From: a virus
Length of the DNA stretch: 64,000 nt
IMG/VR virus record: IMGVR_UViG_3300045738_001212
Location: 64,001-128,000 of that record
Direction: 5' to 3' (one strand)
The position numbers and the translations under genes are program-made. Of the stretch, positions 46,475 to 56,582 are shown piece by piece (the stretch's first letter is position 1; each line of letters starts with the position of its first letter). Below the pieces are notes generated by a model. The model searched no databases. It had not been told where the DNA came from and worked only from the letters and a program-made list of their open reading frames with translations.

Positions 46475-46822
46475 ATGCCAGTATATGAGTTTGAACATCC
46501 CGAGACGGGAGAAATCGTAGACGTAGTGCAAAAGATGAGTGGCGAACACGTTTACGAAAACCCCAAAGGAGTAAAATGGAACAGGGTATGGATGTCTCCG
46601 AACGCCGCCATAAAGGACAACCTAATTAACGCGGACACGACAGCCGAAGAATTCGTGAGAAAAACCAAAGAGAAGAACTATAATGTAGGAGAGATGTGGG
46701 ACTTATCTAAAGAACTCAGCGAAAAAAGAAAAAGAGTAGCAGGTAAAGATCATGTCAAAGAAAAAACGAAAAAAGCATACCAAAAAAAATGCGACAAGGC
46801 CCACCCTCATGGAAACGACTAA
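46475..46822 (+). CDS. FmdB-like small protein
   Basis: MPVYEF N-terminus. Confidence 0.5.
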   Translation: MPVYEFEHPETGEIVDVVQKMSGEHVYENPKGVKWNRVWMSPNAAIKDNLINADTTAEEFVRKTKEKNYNVGEMWDLSKELSEKRKRVAGKDHVKEKTKKAYQKKCDKAHPHGND

Positions 46823-47888
46823 AGAAAAACCAGAAGAAACCCCAGCAAGCGCAGAGGTTGTCATAGATGTAGCTGAAGACGCCCAACAAATGGTAGAACA
46901 AGCCCCGCCGGAGCCATCGGACGCTAAAACTTACGAACTTGGTAGCGTAGAGCCCAACAAAATGGCAATTCCGGCAAAGGCTGATGACTCTCGTATGTTT
47001 GGTGAGCAATCAACACTTCAGAATTGCTATGAAAAAATTACAGTAAGAAATTCTCCCATTGAGGGCTTCGGGGTGTTTGCTCTTGTAGATATCCCACGCG
47101 ATACCGTATTGGAAGAGATTCCTTTCGTCATGTGGCCACGATCCTGTCAATTAGGAGACAAGGTGTATGCAATCATGGACCAAGACGGTTTCATCTCTCA
47201 AGATGAAAAACATTACGAACATATGAGGGCTGTGTTCGGTTTTAAACATCCAACCAAATACTATTTCAAATGGTATCCGCCCAACGCCCCAACAAATTCG
47301 GACGGAAAACCTCTCGATTTTCAAGTTCTTCCCCTTGGCTTTGGCCCGATTTATAACTCGTCAAACTCTGAAAATAATGCTGGCTGGAAGGTGAAGGAAA
47401 AGACATTCGTATTCCATACGATGAGAGACATAAAGGCGGGAGAAGAAATCCAAACCTTTTACGGATATTTTGTGACCGAAGACGGGTCAACATTTAATGT
47501 TAGCGACACGTTCGGCTTAGGTCTTGATTTTCAATCTGATCACGAAGGTGTTCTACGGGTTTTTTGCAGGTCGATGAGGTTCTCTGGAGATAAAGAAAGA
47601 GAACTCAGGTTAAAAGAGAGCGGCGTTCAAGAACTCCTCAAGCTTTTTGATCTTAGCAACAGGCAACTCAGGCTTCGCAAGATAAGTGTTATAGACGGAG
47701 CAGAGGAAAAGCACCCCTTCGAGTTCCCAGATGGATTCTCTTTGAAATTTCACTATATGAAACTGAAGGAATTCAAGCAGACCAGATTCAAAATGATCAA
47801 ACTAGTCTTTTCGTTCTACGGTAAAGAAGACTCCAAGCACGAAAAAGAACTAGCCAAGGAAGTCATCCTTCAGAACTATAATGGTTGA
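46809..47888 (+). CDS. SET-domain protein
   Basis: SPIEGFGVFA..DI, G...YNSS...NA, RDIKAGEEI...YG. Confidence 0.8.
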   Translation: METTKEKPEETPASAEVVIDVAEDAQQMVEQAPPEPSDAKTYELGSVEPNKMAIPAKADDSRMFGEQSTLQNCYEKITVRNSPIEGFGVFALVDIPRDTVLEEIPFVMWPRSCQLGDKVYAIMDQDGFISQDEKHYEHMRAVFGFKHPTKYYFKWYPPNAPTNSDGKPLDFQVLPLGFGPIYNSSNSENNAGWKVKEKTFVFHTMRDIKAGEEIQTFYGYFVTEDGSTFNVSDTFGLGLDFQSDHEGVLRVFCRSMRFSGDKERELRLKESGVQELLKLFDLSNRQLRLRKISVIDGAEEKHPFEFPDGFSLKFHYMKLKEFKQTRFKMIKLVFSFYGKEDSKHEKELAKEVILQNYNG

Positions 47889-48850
47889 TGAATATAAGTA
47901 TAAGGCTAGAAGGTGGACTAGGGGATCATTTATTGGGTAACAGGTTTGTCCCTGCTATCCTTGAAGAGTATCCAGACGCACAAATTACGGCCTTCTCTGA
48001 TACGGAGAACAATTCTTTTCAAAAAGAGTGCATAGAAATCCTCTATCCTCATTTCTATAAAGACATAAAGGTAATCCCTCACAAGAAATACAAGGAGTTC
48101 TGGGTAGACTGTCAGTTTGGGGAAGATAATTATTATGGAGCTTTGGAAAACTTACCAGACGAGGTGGTCCATGAAATGGAATCCTATGATAAGTTTTACG
48201 ATCTCCATATCGACTCCTTAAAATGGCTTGATTACGATTTCGATTGGTATAGGTATTTTAAGTTTTTCCCCGCGCCCGCGATTAAGAAAGACAAGAGTAA
48301 AGACCCCTACATAGTCTTTCAACTTCACACTTCTAGATCAGGAGTAAAGAACACCAACCACTATCTAGAGCCTTGGTACGTCAACAAGCTTATCCACACC
48401 CTAAGAGAAAGGCATAAGTGTAAGATCATAGCCACCCCGGAACTGCTAGAAGAATACAAGGAGCTTAAAGACTGTGAAAATGTTGAGATCGTTATTGGGG
48501 AAATTGAAGACATTATAGAAGAGATAAAAGACGCCTCTTTGTTTATTGGTATCGACTCAGGCTTTAGGTTTATCGGTTATTCTTTCGGGGTTCCTGCTAT
48601 TTTGTACGGAATTTGGTACAAGCAACCCTATTGGTGTGTACCTTTTCATCAAATTAGGTGGAGTTTTTATCCTGAGCAGTGCTTTCCGTTGCATCACGAC
48701 TACAAAGAAATAACGTCTCTCGCTTTTAAAATTATGGAGAACAAGGCCATATCAGTATATCCTTTCGTTCAAGATTTTGATATGGAAATGGTAAGGAGAA
48801 AATGGACCATCAACAAAGAGAAGAGTATCTTGAGGGGAGAGTCACATTAG
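47885..48850 (+). CDS. GT-B glycosyltransferase (GT9/heptosyltransferase-like)
   Basis: GGLGD.L, FIGIDSG. Confidence 0.7.
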   Translation: MMNISIRLEGGLGDHLLGNRFVPAILEEYPDAQITAFSDTENNSFQKECIEILYPHFYKDIKVIPHKKYKEFWVDCQFGEDNYYGALENLPDEVVHEMESYDKFYDLHIDSLKWLDYDFDWYRYFKFFPAPAIKKDKSKDPYIVFQLHTSRSGVKNTNHYLEPWYVNKLIHTLRERHKCKIIATPELLEEYKELKDCENVEIVIGEIEDIIEEIKDASLFIGIDSGFRFIGYSFGVPAILYGIWYKQPYWCVPFHQIRWSFYPEQCFPLHHDYKEITSLAFKIMENKAISVYPFVQDFDMEMVRRKWTINKEKSILRGESH

Positions 48851-49572
48851 GGATAGGAATGCCTAGTGTTATCGGGCTTGGAGATGCCATTCAGTTCTCC
48901 TGTATACCGGAAAACTTCTACAAAAACACCAACCAAAGACTGGTAGACTTCAATAACTCTTACGTCTTTGACTACAACCCTTATGTTGTGCGTGATATAA
49001 CACCTCAAAAAATATTTGACCCTTGGGGGTTTAAGTGGAGTTCGGGTCACAATTTCCGTTCAAAATCAGCGAGGTGGTGTGACGGGTTGGGCCTAGAAAA
49101 ATGTTACCTAAGACACCCTCGTCTCTACATATATGAAGATACCCAAAGTCATCTAAATTCCCCTACGGTTTCCATCCATTGCTCTGGCAAAACAAGAGGG
49201 CACCTGTCTGATAAGGTGATAAACGTAATCAAAAAAAACTATAAAGACTTTGACATTATTCAGGTCGGAGGGGCAAACGACAGAGACACCCCCTTTATAG
49301 ACAGGAGAGGGTTAACCTTTTTCGAAAGCGCAAAAATCATAGCCAACAGCCAAACGTTTATTGGTATTGACTCGGCGATGTACCATGTGGCAAGGTGTTA
49401 CCCTCGTGTACGAAAGAAGATCATCATTCAAGACGACCACTTCAGCGAAGAAGAACTGCGGGATTTTTTTCCTTACAAAAAAGGATTTGATGACTGGATA
49501 GATTTTGATTCTGAATATTTTAATGAATTTGATTACGACATAGGTATAACGAACGCGCTACACAAGGTTTAA
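48802..49572 (+). CDS. GT9-like glycosyltransferase
   Basis: GLGD, IIQVG, FIGIDSAMYHVA; true start may be 48859. Confidence 0.7.
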   Translation: MDHQQREEYLEGRVTLGIGMPSVIGLGDAIQFSCIPENFYKNTNQRLVDFNNSYVFDYNPYVVRDITPQKIFDPWGFKWSSGHNFRSKSARWCDGLGLEKCYLRHPRLYIYEDTQSHLNSPTVSIHCSGKTRGHLSDKVINVIKKNYKDFDIIQVGGANDRDTPFIDRRGLTFFESAKIIANSQTFIGIDSAMYHVARCYPRVRKKIIIQDDHFSEEELRDFFPYKKGFDDWIDFDSEYFNEFDYDIGITNALHKV

Positions 49573-49574
49573 TT

Positions 49575-50177
49575 ATGGGAAAAGAAACAAGCAAATCTTA
49601 CAACTACAGACTGAAAAAGGGTTATGATAAATACCTACAAGGGAAAGGGGTAGACATCGGTCACGGTGGAGACCTTCTCTCTATGAGAATGTTTACTGGC
49701 ATATCAGAATTGACCCCTTACGACCTCATTGACGACTCTTCGAACGACGCCGTTACTTGTCACAACTTGCCAGACGAAGCTTTTGATTTCGTATACAGTT
49801 CTCATTGTCTGGAGCATACGAGAGACCCGCACACTACGTTTTCGAATTGGATTAGGATATGTAAAACAGGTGGGCATATCTTCACTAGCGTCCCTCACGA
49901 AGTCTTTTATGAAAAATGCCAATGGCCAAGCAGATTTGCCCCTTCTCAGATTGAGGGCGGTCACGGTCATCATTGCTCGTGGACCTTAGAGTGGAAATCA
50001 AACCTGCCTCAATCAATAAATGTTAAAGATTTTATCAAAAAATTTGAAGACGAAGGCTTGGTCGAATTTGTATTAGCCGAAACCGCTTTGGAACATTTTG
50101 ATTTTCGAAATTTTTTTGAAGATCAAACTCGGAGCAAGGCGATTTGCCAAATAGATTTCGTAGTCAGGAAACGATGA
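49575..50177 (+). CDS. class I SAM methyltransferase
   Basis: GVDIG.G, FDFVYSSHCLEH, W.R..K.GG. Confidence 0.85.
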   Translation: MGKETSKSYNYRLKKGYDKYLQGKGVDIGHGGDLLSMRMFTGISELTPYDLIDDSSNDAVTCHNLPDEAFDFVYSSHCLEHTRDPHTTFSNWIRICKTGGHIFTSVPHEVFYEKCQWPSRFAPSQIEGGHGHHCSWTLEWKSNLPQSINVKDFIKKFEDEGLVEFVLAETALEHFDFRNFFEDQTRSKAICQIDFVVRKR

Positions 50178-50596
50178 AAGTTTTTACCAATGGATGTTTT
50201 GACGTTCTCCACAGGGGGCACTTGGAACTGCTTAAGTACTGTCAGCAGTTAGCTTGCCCCGCGACAGGTGGATGGCTCATCGTCGGTTTGAATTCGGACA
50301 TGAGTGTCAGGGGATTAAAAGGGAAAAACAGGCCCATCAACAAGGAAGAAGATAGAAAATTTATGCTGGAAAGCTTGAAATTTGTTGACGAAGTTCACAT
50401 TTTTTCCGAGGATACCCCATACGAGTTAATCAAGAACCTCCGCCCAGATGTCATAGTAAAAGGGGGAGACTACAAGGCTGAAGATGTAGCGGGAAGCGAC
50501 ATTTGCGAGGTCAGAATTTTTAACCACTTAGAGGGGTATTCTACTTCGAACCTGATTAACTCGTGCGAAAGATTAACTTATGCTAGAAAACTATAA
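50174..50596 (+). CDS. HldC/RfaE domain II heptose-1-phosphate adenylyltransferase
   Basis: FTNGCFDVLHRGH, GLNSD.SV, RPI, VKGGDY, YSTS. Confidence 0.9.
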   Translation: MKVFTNGCFDVLHRGHLELLKYCQQLACPATGGWLIVGLNSDMSVRGLKGKNRPINKEEDRKFMLESLKFVDEVHIFSEDTPYELIKNLRPDVIVKGGDYKAEDVAGSDICEVRIFNHLEGYSTSNLINSCERLTYARKL

Positions 50597-51212
50597 AAAA
50601 CTATCTACCACTGGAGTGATTAGGCAAGTAGATGTAGAGCCCATTGTTTACGATGAGAAATACGTTGTTCATTATAACGCTGGGCTTGGTGGACTATCTA
50701 ACGAGCTATCCTGTCTACGTCTTGGGGCCATACTGGGCTGCCTAAATCAACCAATAAATAAAATTCTAGACGTGGGGTATGGTGATGGGAATTTTTTAGA
50801 ATGGGCTTCCAAGGTTGTTGAAGGGTGTTACGCCTACGACTCTTCCCCTGCGTATCCTCTTCCTTCGAATAGGCTTAAGATGGTGAACGACACGACTAGT
50901 AACTATTATGATGTAGTTACGTTTTTTAACAGTCTCGAACACATGCCTGATATTGATTTTCTTGAAAATTTAAGGTGCAAGTATGTTATTATTACGGTCC
51001 CTTGGTGTCACTACTTTTCAGATGATTGGTTTAAAGGCTGGAAACACAGAAAACCCAACGAACATATTTGGCATTTCAATGATGAATCTTTAAATAGGAT
51101 GATGAGGTCCAAGGGATATTCTTCTGTTTATTATTCTAATCTTGAGGATATTATAAGGGGAGAAAAGATTGGCTATCCGAGTTATCTAACCGCCGTTTTC
51201 TCTAAGGGTTAA
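50580..51212 (+). CDS. SAM methyltransferase
   Basis: ILDVGYGDG, SLEH, EH.WHF. Confidence 0.8.
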   Translation: MLENYKKLSTTGVIRQVDVEPIVYDEKYVVHYNAGLGGLSNELSCLRLGAILGCLNQPINKILDVGYGDGNFLEWASKVVEGCYAYDSSPAYPLPSNRLKMVNDTTSNYYDVVTFFNSLEHMPDIDFLENLRCKYVIITVPWCHYFSDDWFKGWKHRKPNEHIWHFNDESLNRMMRSKGYSSVYYSNLEDIIRGEKIGYPSYLTAVFSKG

Positions 51213-52274
51213 ATGAGTAATGTTATTGTTACGGGTGTGCTTGGGCAAGATGGCTCCAATATGGCGGACTTCTTGCTTAAGAATACTAGACATAAAATTT
51301 ACGGGATGATGCGGCGTAGTGCCACGCCTAACTTTAAAAACATTAAAGACCTAAAGAGCGTTCGATTTGAATTAGTTTACGGTGATCTAACCGACGAAGT
51401 AAGTATCAACAGGCTAGTTAAGAGAATCAAACCTAGATATTTTATAAACTTCGCAGCAAATTCTTTTGTCGGGTGTAGCTGGGACATGCCATTGCAAGTG
51501 TTCGACACCAATACGACAGGCGTTATCAGGTGCTTGGAAGCTATAAGAAATCACAAACCCAACTGTAGATTTTACAGTGCCGGAAGTAGCGAAGAGTTCG
51601 GTGACGTTAACTACTGCCCGCAAGATATAAGTCACCCTTTAAAACCACGAAGCCCTTACGGAGCCTCTAAGTGCGCGGCTAGACACATGGTTAAAGTCTA
51701 TCGAGAAAGCTACAACATGTATGCTGTTCACGGCGTACTATTTAACCACGAAGGCATCAGGAGGGGAGAAGAGTTTGTAACAAGGAAGATCACGAAAGGA
51801 GTTGCTCGCATTTACCACGAAATGAGAGACGTGGATAAATGGAGGCAAAGACACGGAACCAAGCCGGTGTTTGACCCTATAGAACTTGGAAACCTTGACG
51901 CCAAAAGAGACTGGAGCGACAGCGAAGATTTTGTCCAAGGAGTATGGCTGATGTTGAACCAAAAAAGCCCCAAAGACTATATCCTTGCCAGTGGAGAAGC
52001 TCATTCGATCAAGGAGTTTGTCGAAGAAGCTTTTGGTTGCGCTAAGATAGACGGAAAATGGGCTGGTAAAAATGAAAACGCAGCCTTCCTTCACTCTTGG
52101 GACGAATACAAAGTCGCCCTAGTGAAGGTCAATCCAGAATTTTACAGACCAGCAGAGGTTAACCTTTTGATGGGAGATTCCACTCCTATCAGAAAGGAGT
52201 TAAAATGGAAACCTAAAACAAATTTCACGGGGCTTGTCCGAAAAATGGTGGAATACGACATTAAAAATCCTTGA
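51213..52274 (+). CDS. gmd: GDP-mannose 4,6-dehydratase
   Basis: TGVLGQDG, PRSPYG.SK, LFNHE, FVTRKIT, LGNLDAKRDW, RPAEV. Confidence 0.93.
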   Translation: MSNVIVTGVLGQDGSNMADFLLKNTRHKIYGMMRRSATPNFKNIKDLKSVRFELVYGDLTDEVSINRLVKRIKPRYFINFAANSFVGCSWDMPLQVFDTNTTGVIRCLEAIRNHKPNCRFYSAGSSEEFGDVNYCPQDISHPLKPRSPYGASKCAARHMVKVYRESYNMYAVHGVLFNHEGIRRGEEFVTRKITKGVARIYHEMRDVDKWRQRHGTKPVFDPIELGNLDAKRDWSDSEDFVQGVWLMLNQKSPKDYILASGEAHSIKEFVEEAFGCAKIDGKWAGKNENAAFLHSWDEYKVALVKVNPEFYRPAEVNLLMGDSTPIRKELKWKPKTNFTGLVRKMVEYDIKNP

Positions 52275-52326
52275 CTTCATTCTGGATTCGCGCTATACTC
52301 TCATTGTCATTCAACTGACTGAGAGG

Positions 52327-52698
52327 ATGAAGAAGAAAGGTCCAACACCTAAAGGATTCTACCTATTTATGGTGGAAAATTTCCTGAAAGGAAAAGGAAA
52401 TCATCTTACCAGCGCGGGGTGGGCTAGGGAAACTAAAATCGCTAAAAAAATTTTTAATTTATACCCCAACGTGTATCTCTGGCACCAGATAGACCTTGGC
52501 TTTCTTTTAAATTCTTTAGCGTATTTTCTTACCCCCGAAGGAAAGTATACGTTGATTACCCAACGCAAAGGGATAGCCTTTAGACTAAAAAAAATTAAGT
52601 CCTACAAGCTTTCCCGCAGGAAGATAGGCAAAGACAAAAAGATCGTTAGAACGAAAAAAACATTAATGGATTTTTTAAATGAGCAAAAAAAGAATTAA
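52327..52698 (+). CDS. hypothetical protein at the head of the replication operon
   Basis: follows TTGACT-17-TATACT promoter at 52271; GAGG RBS. Confidence 0.55.
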   Translation: MKKKGPTPKGFYLFMVENFLKGKGNHLTSAGWARETKIAKKIFNLYPNVYLWHQIDLGFLLNSLAYFLTPEGKYTLITQRKGIAFRLKKIKSYKLSRRKIGKDKKIVRTKKTLMDFLNEQKKN

Positions 52699-53755
52699 AT
52701 CGCTCCTTGTAGACAAAAGATTCAAGGGAGATCACTACAATCACCTAGAAAAAGTAAAATGGATTTGTAGCACGGGCAGTATACAACTAGACCTTTTCCT
52801 TGACGGGGGACTTAGGCCGGGATTCTTCAGGATGTCTGGCGAACCAGAAAGTGGTAAGACTAGTTTCGCCCTTAACGTGGCAAGAATATTTCAAGAAACC
52901 ATCCCGAATGCTTTTGTGTTCTATATTAATGCGGAGGGAAGACTTACTGAAGAGCTTTTGGAGCGGTCAGGAATCGACACCAGCGAAGACAAATGGTGCA
53001 GTTTCGATTCAAATATTTTAGAAACGGCGATGGGGATGGTAAAAGAACTTATTACCGAAAACGGAAGCGGGGAAGACAAGGAGCAGTATCGATATTTGTT
53101 CGTGGTTGACTCTACGGATGCGCTGATAAAAAAGGCAGACCTTAGCAAAAAATTTGACGAAGGGCAGAAAGTAGCAGGGTCAGCGGTTATCTTTTCTCAT
53201 GTCGGGAAAGTCACGAGCTTGCCTCTCACCAAGAATGGCCACGCGATGTTTATACTTTCGCAAACTCGATATAAAATGAACATGGGTATGGGCACGGGGA
53301 TGGGGACCACCCAATCAGGCGGGAAGGCTCTCAATTTCTACAGTTCCCTTATCGCTGAGATTAAACCTCTTTGGACTGATCTTTATATCTGGGAAAACCC
53401 AAGCGGAGCATCTATAGAGAAGAAGGGTAAAAGATTAGGCCACCAATGCGTTCTTAAATTTACTAAAACCCGCAACGAAAAAACAGGGCAAACGGTAGAA
53501 GTGCCGATCAAATACGGATCGAAAGGAGAAGGCTCAATATGGGCTGAACATGAAGTTATGAATCTCTGTTTGCAATTCGAATTTCTTCACAAGAAAAACG
53601 CTGGGTGGTTTGAATTTGATAAAGAACTGGTCGAAGACGCAAAAAGCGTTGACCTCAAGCCGAAACATCAAGGACTAAACAATTTAATTGGCTACTTAGA
53701 AAAAAACGAAGAGGTGACGCAGTTTCTTATGAACAAGTTTAAACAATTACTATGA
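52679..53755 (+). CDS. RecA/UvsX-like recombinase
   Basis: STGS..LD..L.GG, GEPESGKT, VVDS, GGKAL.FYSS. Confidence 0.9.
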   Translation: MSKKRIKSLLVDKRFKGDHYNHLEKVKWICSTGSIQLDLFLDGGLRPGFFRMSGEPESGKTSFALNVARIFQETIPNAFVFYINAEGRLTEELLERSGIDTSEDKWCSFDSNILETAMGMVKELITENGSGEDKEQYRYLFVVDSTDALIKKADLSKKFDEGQKVAGSAVIFSHVGKVTSLPLTKNGHAMFILSQTRYKMNMGMGTGMGTTQSGGKALNFYSSLIAEIKPLWTDLYIWENPSGASIEKKGKRLGHQCVLKFTKTRNEKTGQTVEVPIKYGSKGEGSIWAEHEVMNLCLQFEFLHKKNAGWFEFDKELVEDAKSVDLKPKHQGLNNLIGYLEKNEEVTQFLMNKFKQLL

Positions 53756-54165
53756 GGCTATACAGCACAGCAGGAAGACTGGTCAACAAAAACGTTAGCA
53801 AGTACCTGATAGACTGGGACAAAAAATCCAGATCGAAAATACAATTTAGAATAAAGCAATTTTTAAAAGAGCACTGGCAGAATCATATTGTTTATGAAGA
53901 GTTTCCAGTGTACGGGACGAGACTGAAAGTGGACATATTAAACGCGACAAAGAAAATAGCGGTAGAGGTGAACGGGAATCAGCACACCTCTTTTAACAAG
54001 TTCTTTCACAAGACTCGCATTAACTTTTTGCAGTCCCTCAAAAGGGACCACAAAAAACTAGAGTGGTTGAAAACAAACGACTTTGAACTAATAGAAATAG
54101 AAGAAAAAGAAGTTCCTTTGGTGACATATAAGTTTATCAAGGACAAATTTGGGATAGAAATATGA
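53752..54165 (+). CDS. PD-(D/E)XK (DUF559/Vsr-like) endonuclease
   Basis: EEFP, VD, AVEVNG.QH, RD..K. Confidence 0.75.
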   Translation: MRLYSTAGRLVNKNVSKYLIDWDKKSRSKIQFRIKQFLKEHWQNHIVYEEFPVYGTRLKVDILNATKKIAVEVNGNQHTSFNKFFHKTRINFLQSLKRDHKKLEWLKTNDFELIEIEEKEVPLVTYKFIKDKFGIEI

Positions 54166-55658
54166 CGGCACTTTATTCATACAACATAGAAAAACACGTA
54201 TTGGGAGGGTTAGTGAAGAACCCAGAGGTATTTGCGGACATTGACACGTTCGTTACGGAGAAAGACTTTTACTCAGATGTACACTCAACAATTTATTGCT
54301 GTGTCAGGGACATCCTGCTTAAGGATTCAAAAATTGATCAAGTCATTCTGGCCCAGAGAATTAAGAACTTAGGGATATCATTCAAGGATGATATTAATAT
54401 TTTCGATTATATTGATTCAATTTCATTTACCCATATCACGGCGAAGGCGACCATAGAATCAGCAAAGGAACTTGTTTCCCTTAGAGTCAGAAGAGACCTA
54501 GATGCGACTGCGGACAAAATCAAGAGGCACATAAAAGACACGCTAGACAAAGGGATATCTACCGTTATATCTGAAGTGGATGCTATTTATGGAGAAAAAG
54601 TTTCGGGCTACTACTCGGAAGAAAACGGTCCACAACGTCTCCTTAGTAGGATCATTGAAGAGATAGAAATCCGAAGCAACTCCGAAAACGAACTGGAAGA
54701 AATAGGATTCGCTGTCCCCTATCCAGAATTCAACAGGCTCTATGGGGGGCTTAGACCCAAATGCCTTTACTCGATAATTGCCCGCCCCGGCAACGGCAAG
54801 ACCACGTTTCTTAATGACCTTGTTTTCAAAACTTGCATAAGCAGCAAGGTGAAAGCTCTTATCCTAGATACAGAAATGCCAACTGAAGATATAGAATTTA
54901 GGATGTTCTCTGCAATTTCTCAGGTTCCCGTATGGCATCTAGAGACTGGGCAATGGAGGAGGAATACTGAGCTAGTACGAAAAACGAATGAAGGGTTTGT
55001 CAAAGTTAAAGAGTATCTCAAAGAAAATCAAGTCGATCACTACTTTATTGGGGACAAGTCAATTGACGAAGTGTGCTCCATTGTGAGAAGGTGGAAGCTT
55101 TCTGAGGTAGGGAGAGAGAACAGGTGCATTATAGCCCTTGACTACCTAAAGCTGACTGGGGAAAAAGTAAACCAGTCGTGGCTTGAATATCAGGCTATTG
55201 GAGAAAAGGTTAACAAGCTAAAAAAACTAGCGATAGAAATCGATTGCCCCATCATCACCGCTGTCCAATCTAATCGGAGTGGGGAAGGTCGAAGGGTGGG
55301 AGACCCGGTTGACTCTAGCGTAATATCTCTTTCAGATAGGATTCAATGGTTTTCTGATTTCACCGCGTTTCTTACTCGAAAAATCAGAGAAGAGATGGCT
55401 TGGGATGGGGAAGATTATGGCACCCACATGCTTGTACCATTCAAAACGAGATATCAAGGAAGAGACGCGGCGGGACATCAAGACCTAGTAAGGAGAAGAG
55501 ACCCCAATGGCAGAGAGAAATACTATAATAACTTTTTAAATTTTCATATTGAAAACTTTAATGTAGAAGAAAGAGGGTCACTACATGACATAGCCGAAAG
55601 AGAAAGAGCGCAGCATACGCCAGATGACGCCAGCGAAAGGGATGGAGAGTTGTTGTAA
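54162..55658 (+). CDS. dnaB: DnaB-like replicative helicase
   Basis: ARPGNGKTT, DTEM, LDYL, AVQSNR. Confidence 0.92.
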   Translation: MTALYSYNIEKHVLGGLVKNPEVFADIDTFVTEKDFYSDVHSTIYCCVRDILLKDSKIDQVILAQRIKNLGISFKDDINIFDYIDSISFTHITAKATIESAKELVSLRVRRDLDATADKIKRHIKDTLDKGISTVISEVDAIYGEKVSGYYSEENGPQRLLSRIIEEIEIRSNSENELEEIGFAVPYPEFNRLYGGLRPKCLYSIIARPGNGKTTFLNDLVFKTCISSKVKALILDTEMPTEDIEFRMFSAISQVPVWHLETGQWRRNTELVRKTNEGFVKVKEYLKENQVDHYFIGDKSIDEVCSIVRRWKLSEVGRENRCIIALDYLKLTGEKVNQSWLEYQAIGEKVNKLKKLAIEIDCPIITAVQSNRSGEGRRVGDPVDSSVISLSDRIQWFSDFTAFLTRKIREEMAWDGEDYGTHMLVPFKTRYQGRDAAGHQDLVRRRDPNGREKYYNNFLNFHIENFNVEERGSLHDIAERERAQHTPDDASERDGELL

Positions 55659-56582
55659 ATGGACAATCCCATTAAAAACATATTAATTGAAATTGGATAC
55701 GACCTGATGGATCGCGGGAAAAACTATAGGGCTAAACCCCTGTACCGCGACTCTGACAGCGGCGATGTATTGTCTATTGATAAAGAGTCTGGGGTATGGT
55801 ATGACTTCAAAGAGAGAAAAGGGGGCAAATTCGAGGAACTCGTTAGGCTTTCCTTGAAGCAAGGAGACGTTTCCGAAACTAAAGAGTGGCTAAAATCTAG
55901 AACGAATGGGTACGCAATCGTTCGTAATAAAAAACCAGAAATTAAAACACCAAAAAAATACTCAAAGGAAATACTCCTAAAGCTGCAAAAGGACCACTCT
56001 TATTGGCTAGGAAGAAACATAGATAAAGAAACGCTAGAGGTTTTCGATGGGGGCTTGGCAAACTCTGGGCAGATGGCGAACAGGTATGTATTCCCCATCT
56101 TCAACTCTCAAGATGACCTAGTTGGTTTTACGGGAAGATACGTGAAGGAAATTCCAAAAGAATTCAAAATACCAAAATGGAAGCATGTAGGGACGGTCTC
56201 TAACTGGTGCTATCCATTAAAGCATAATCTCAAAGACATACGAGAAGCGAAGAAAGTCATCCTAGTAGAGAGCGTGGGAGATATGCTTTCCCTTTGGAAT
56301 GCGGGAATAAAATACTCCGTGGTTACATTCGGCCTAACGATAAGCAAAGCTATTACTATTGTGTTGCTTAAAATGGATGTCCAAAAAGTTATAATCTCTT
56401 TCAACAACGATAGCCAAAATAACCACGCAGGGAACAAGGCGGCAGAAAAAGCGGCCAGTAGACTTTACTATCACTTTGACAAGCAGCAGGTGAGAGTCGC
56501 TCTGCCTACTAAAAATGATTTCGGAGAGATGACGAGAAAGGAAATCCAGCAGTGGTGCTCGACTGCTCTTGGGGATGTCTAA
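55659..56582 (+). CDS. Toprim DNA primase
   Basis: FPI, GFTGR, PKW, LVES..D, FNND. Confidence 0.85.
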   Translation: MDNPIKNILIEIGYDLMDRGKNYRAKPLYRDSDSGDVLSIDKESGVWYDFKERKGGKFEELVRLSLKQGDVSETKEWLKSRTNGYAIVRNKKPEIKTPKKYSKEILLKLQKDHSYWLGRNIDKETLEVFDGGLANSGQMANRYVFPIFNSQDDLVGFTGRYVKEIPKEFKIPKWKHVGTVSNWCYPLKHNLKDIREAKKVILVESVGDMLSLWNAGIKYSVVTFGLTISKAITIVLLKMDVQKVIISFNNDSQNNHAGNKAAEKAASRLYYHFDKQQVRVALPTKNDFGEMTRKEIQQWCSTALGDV

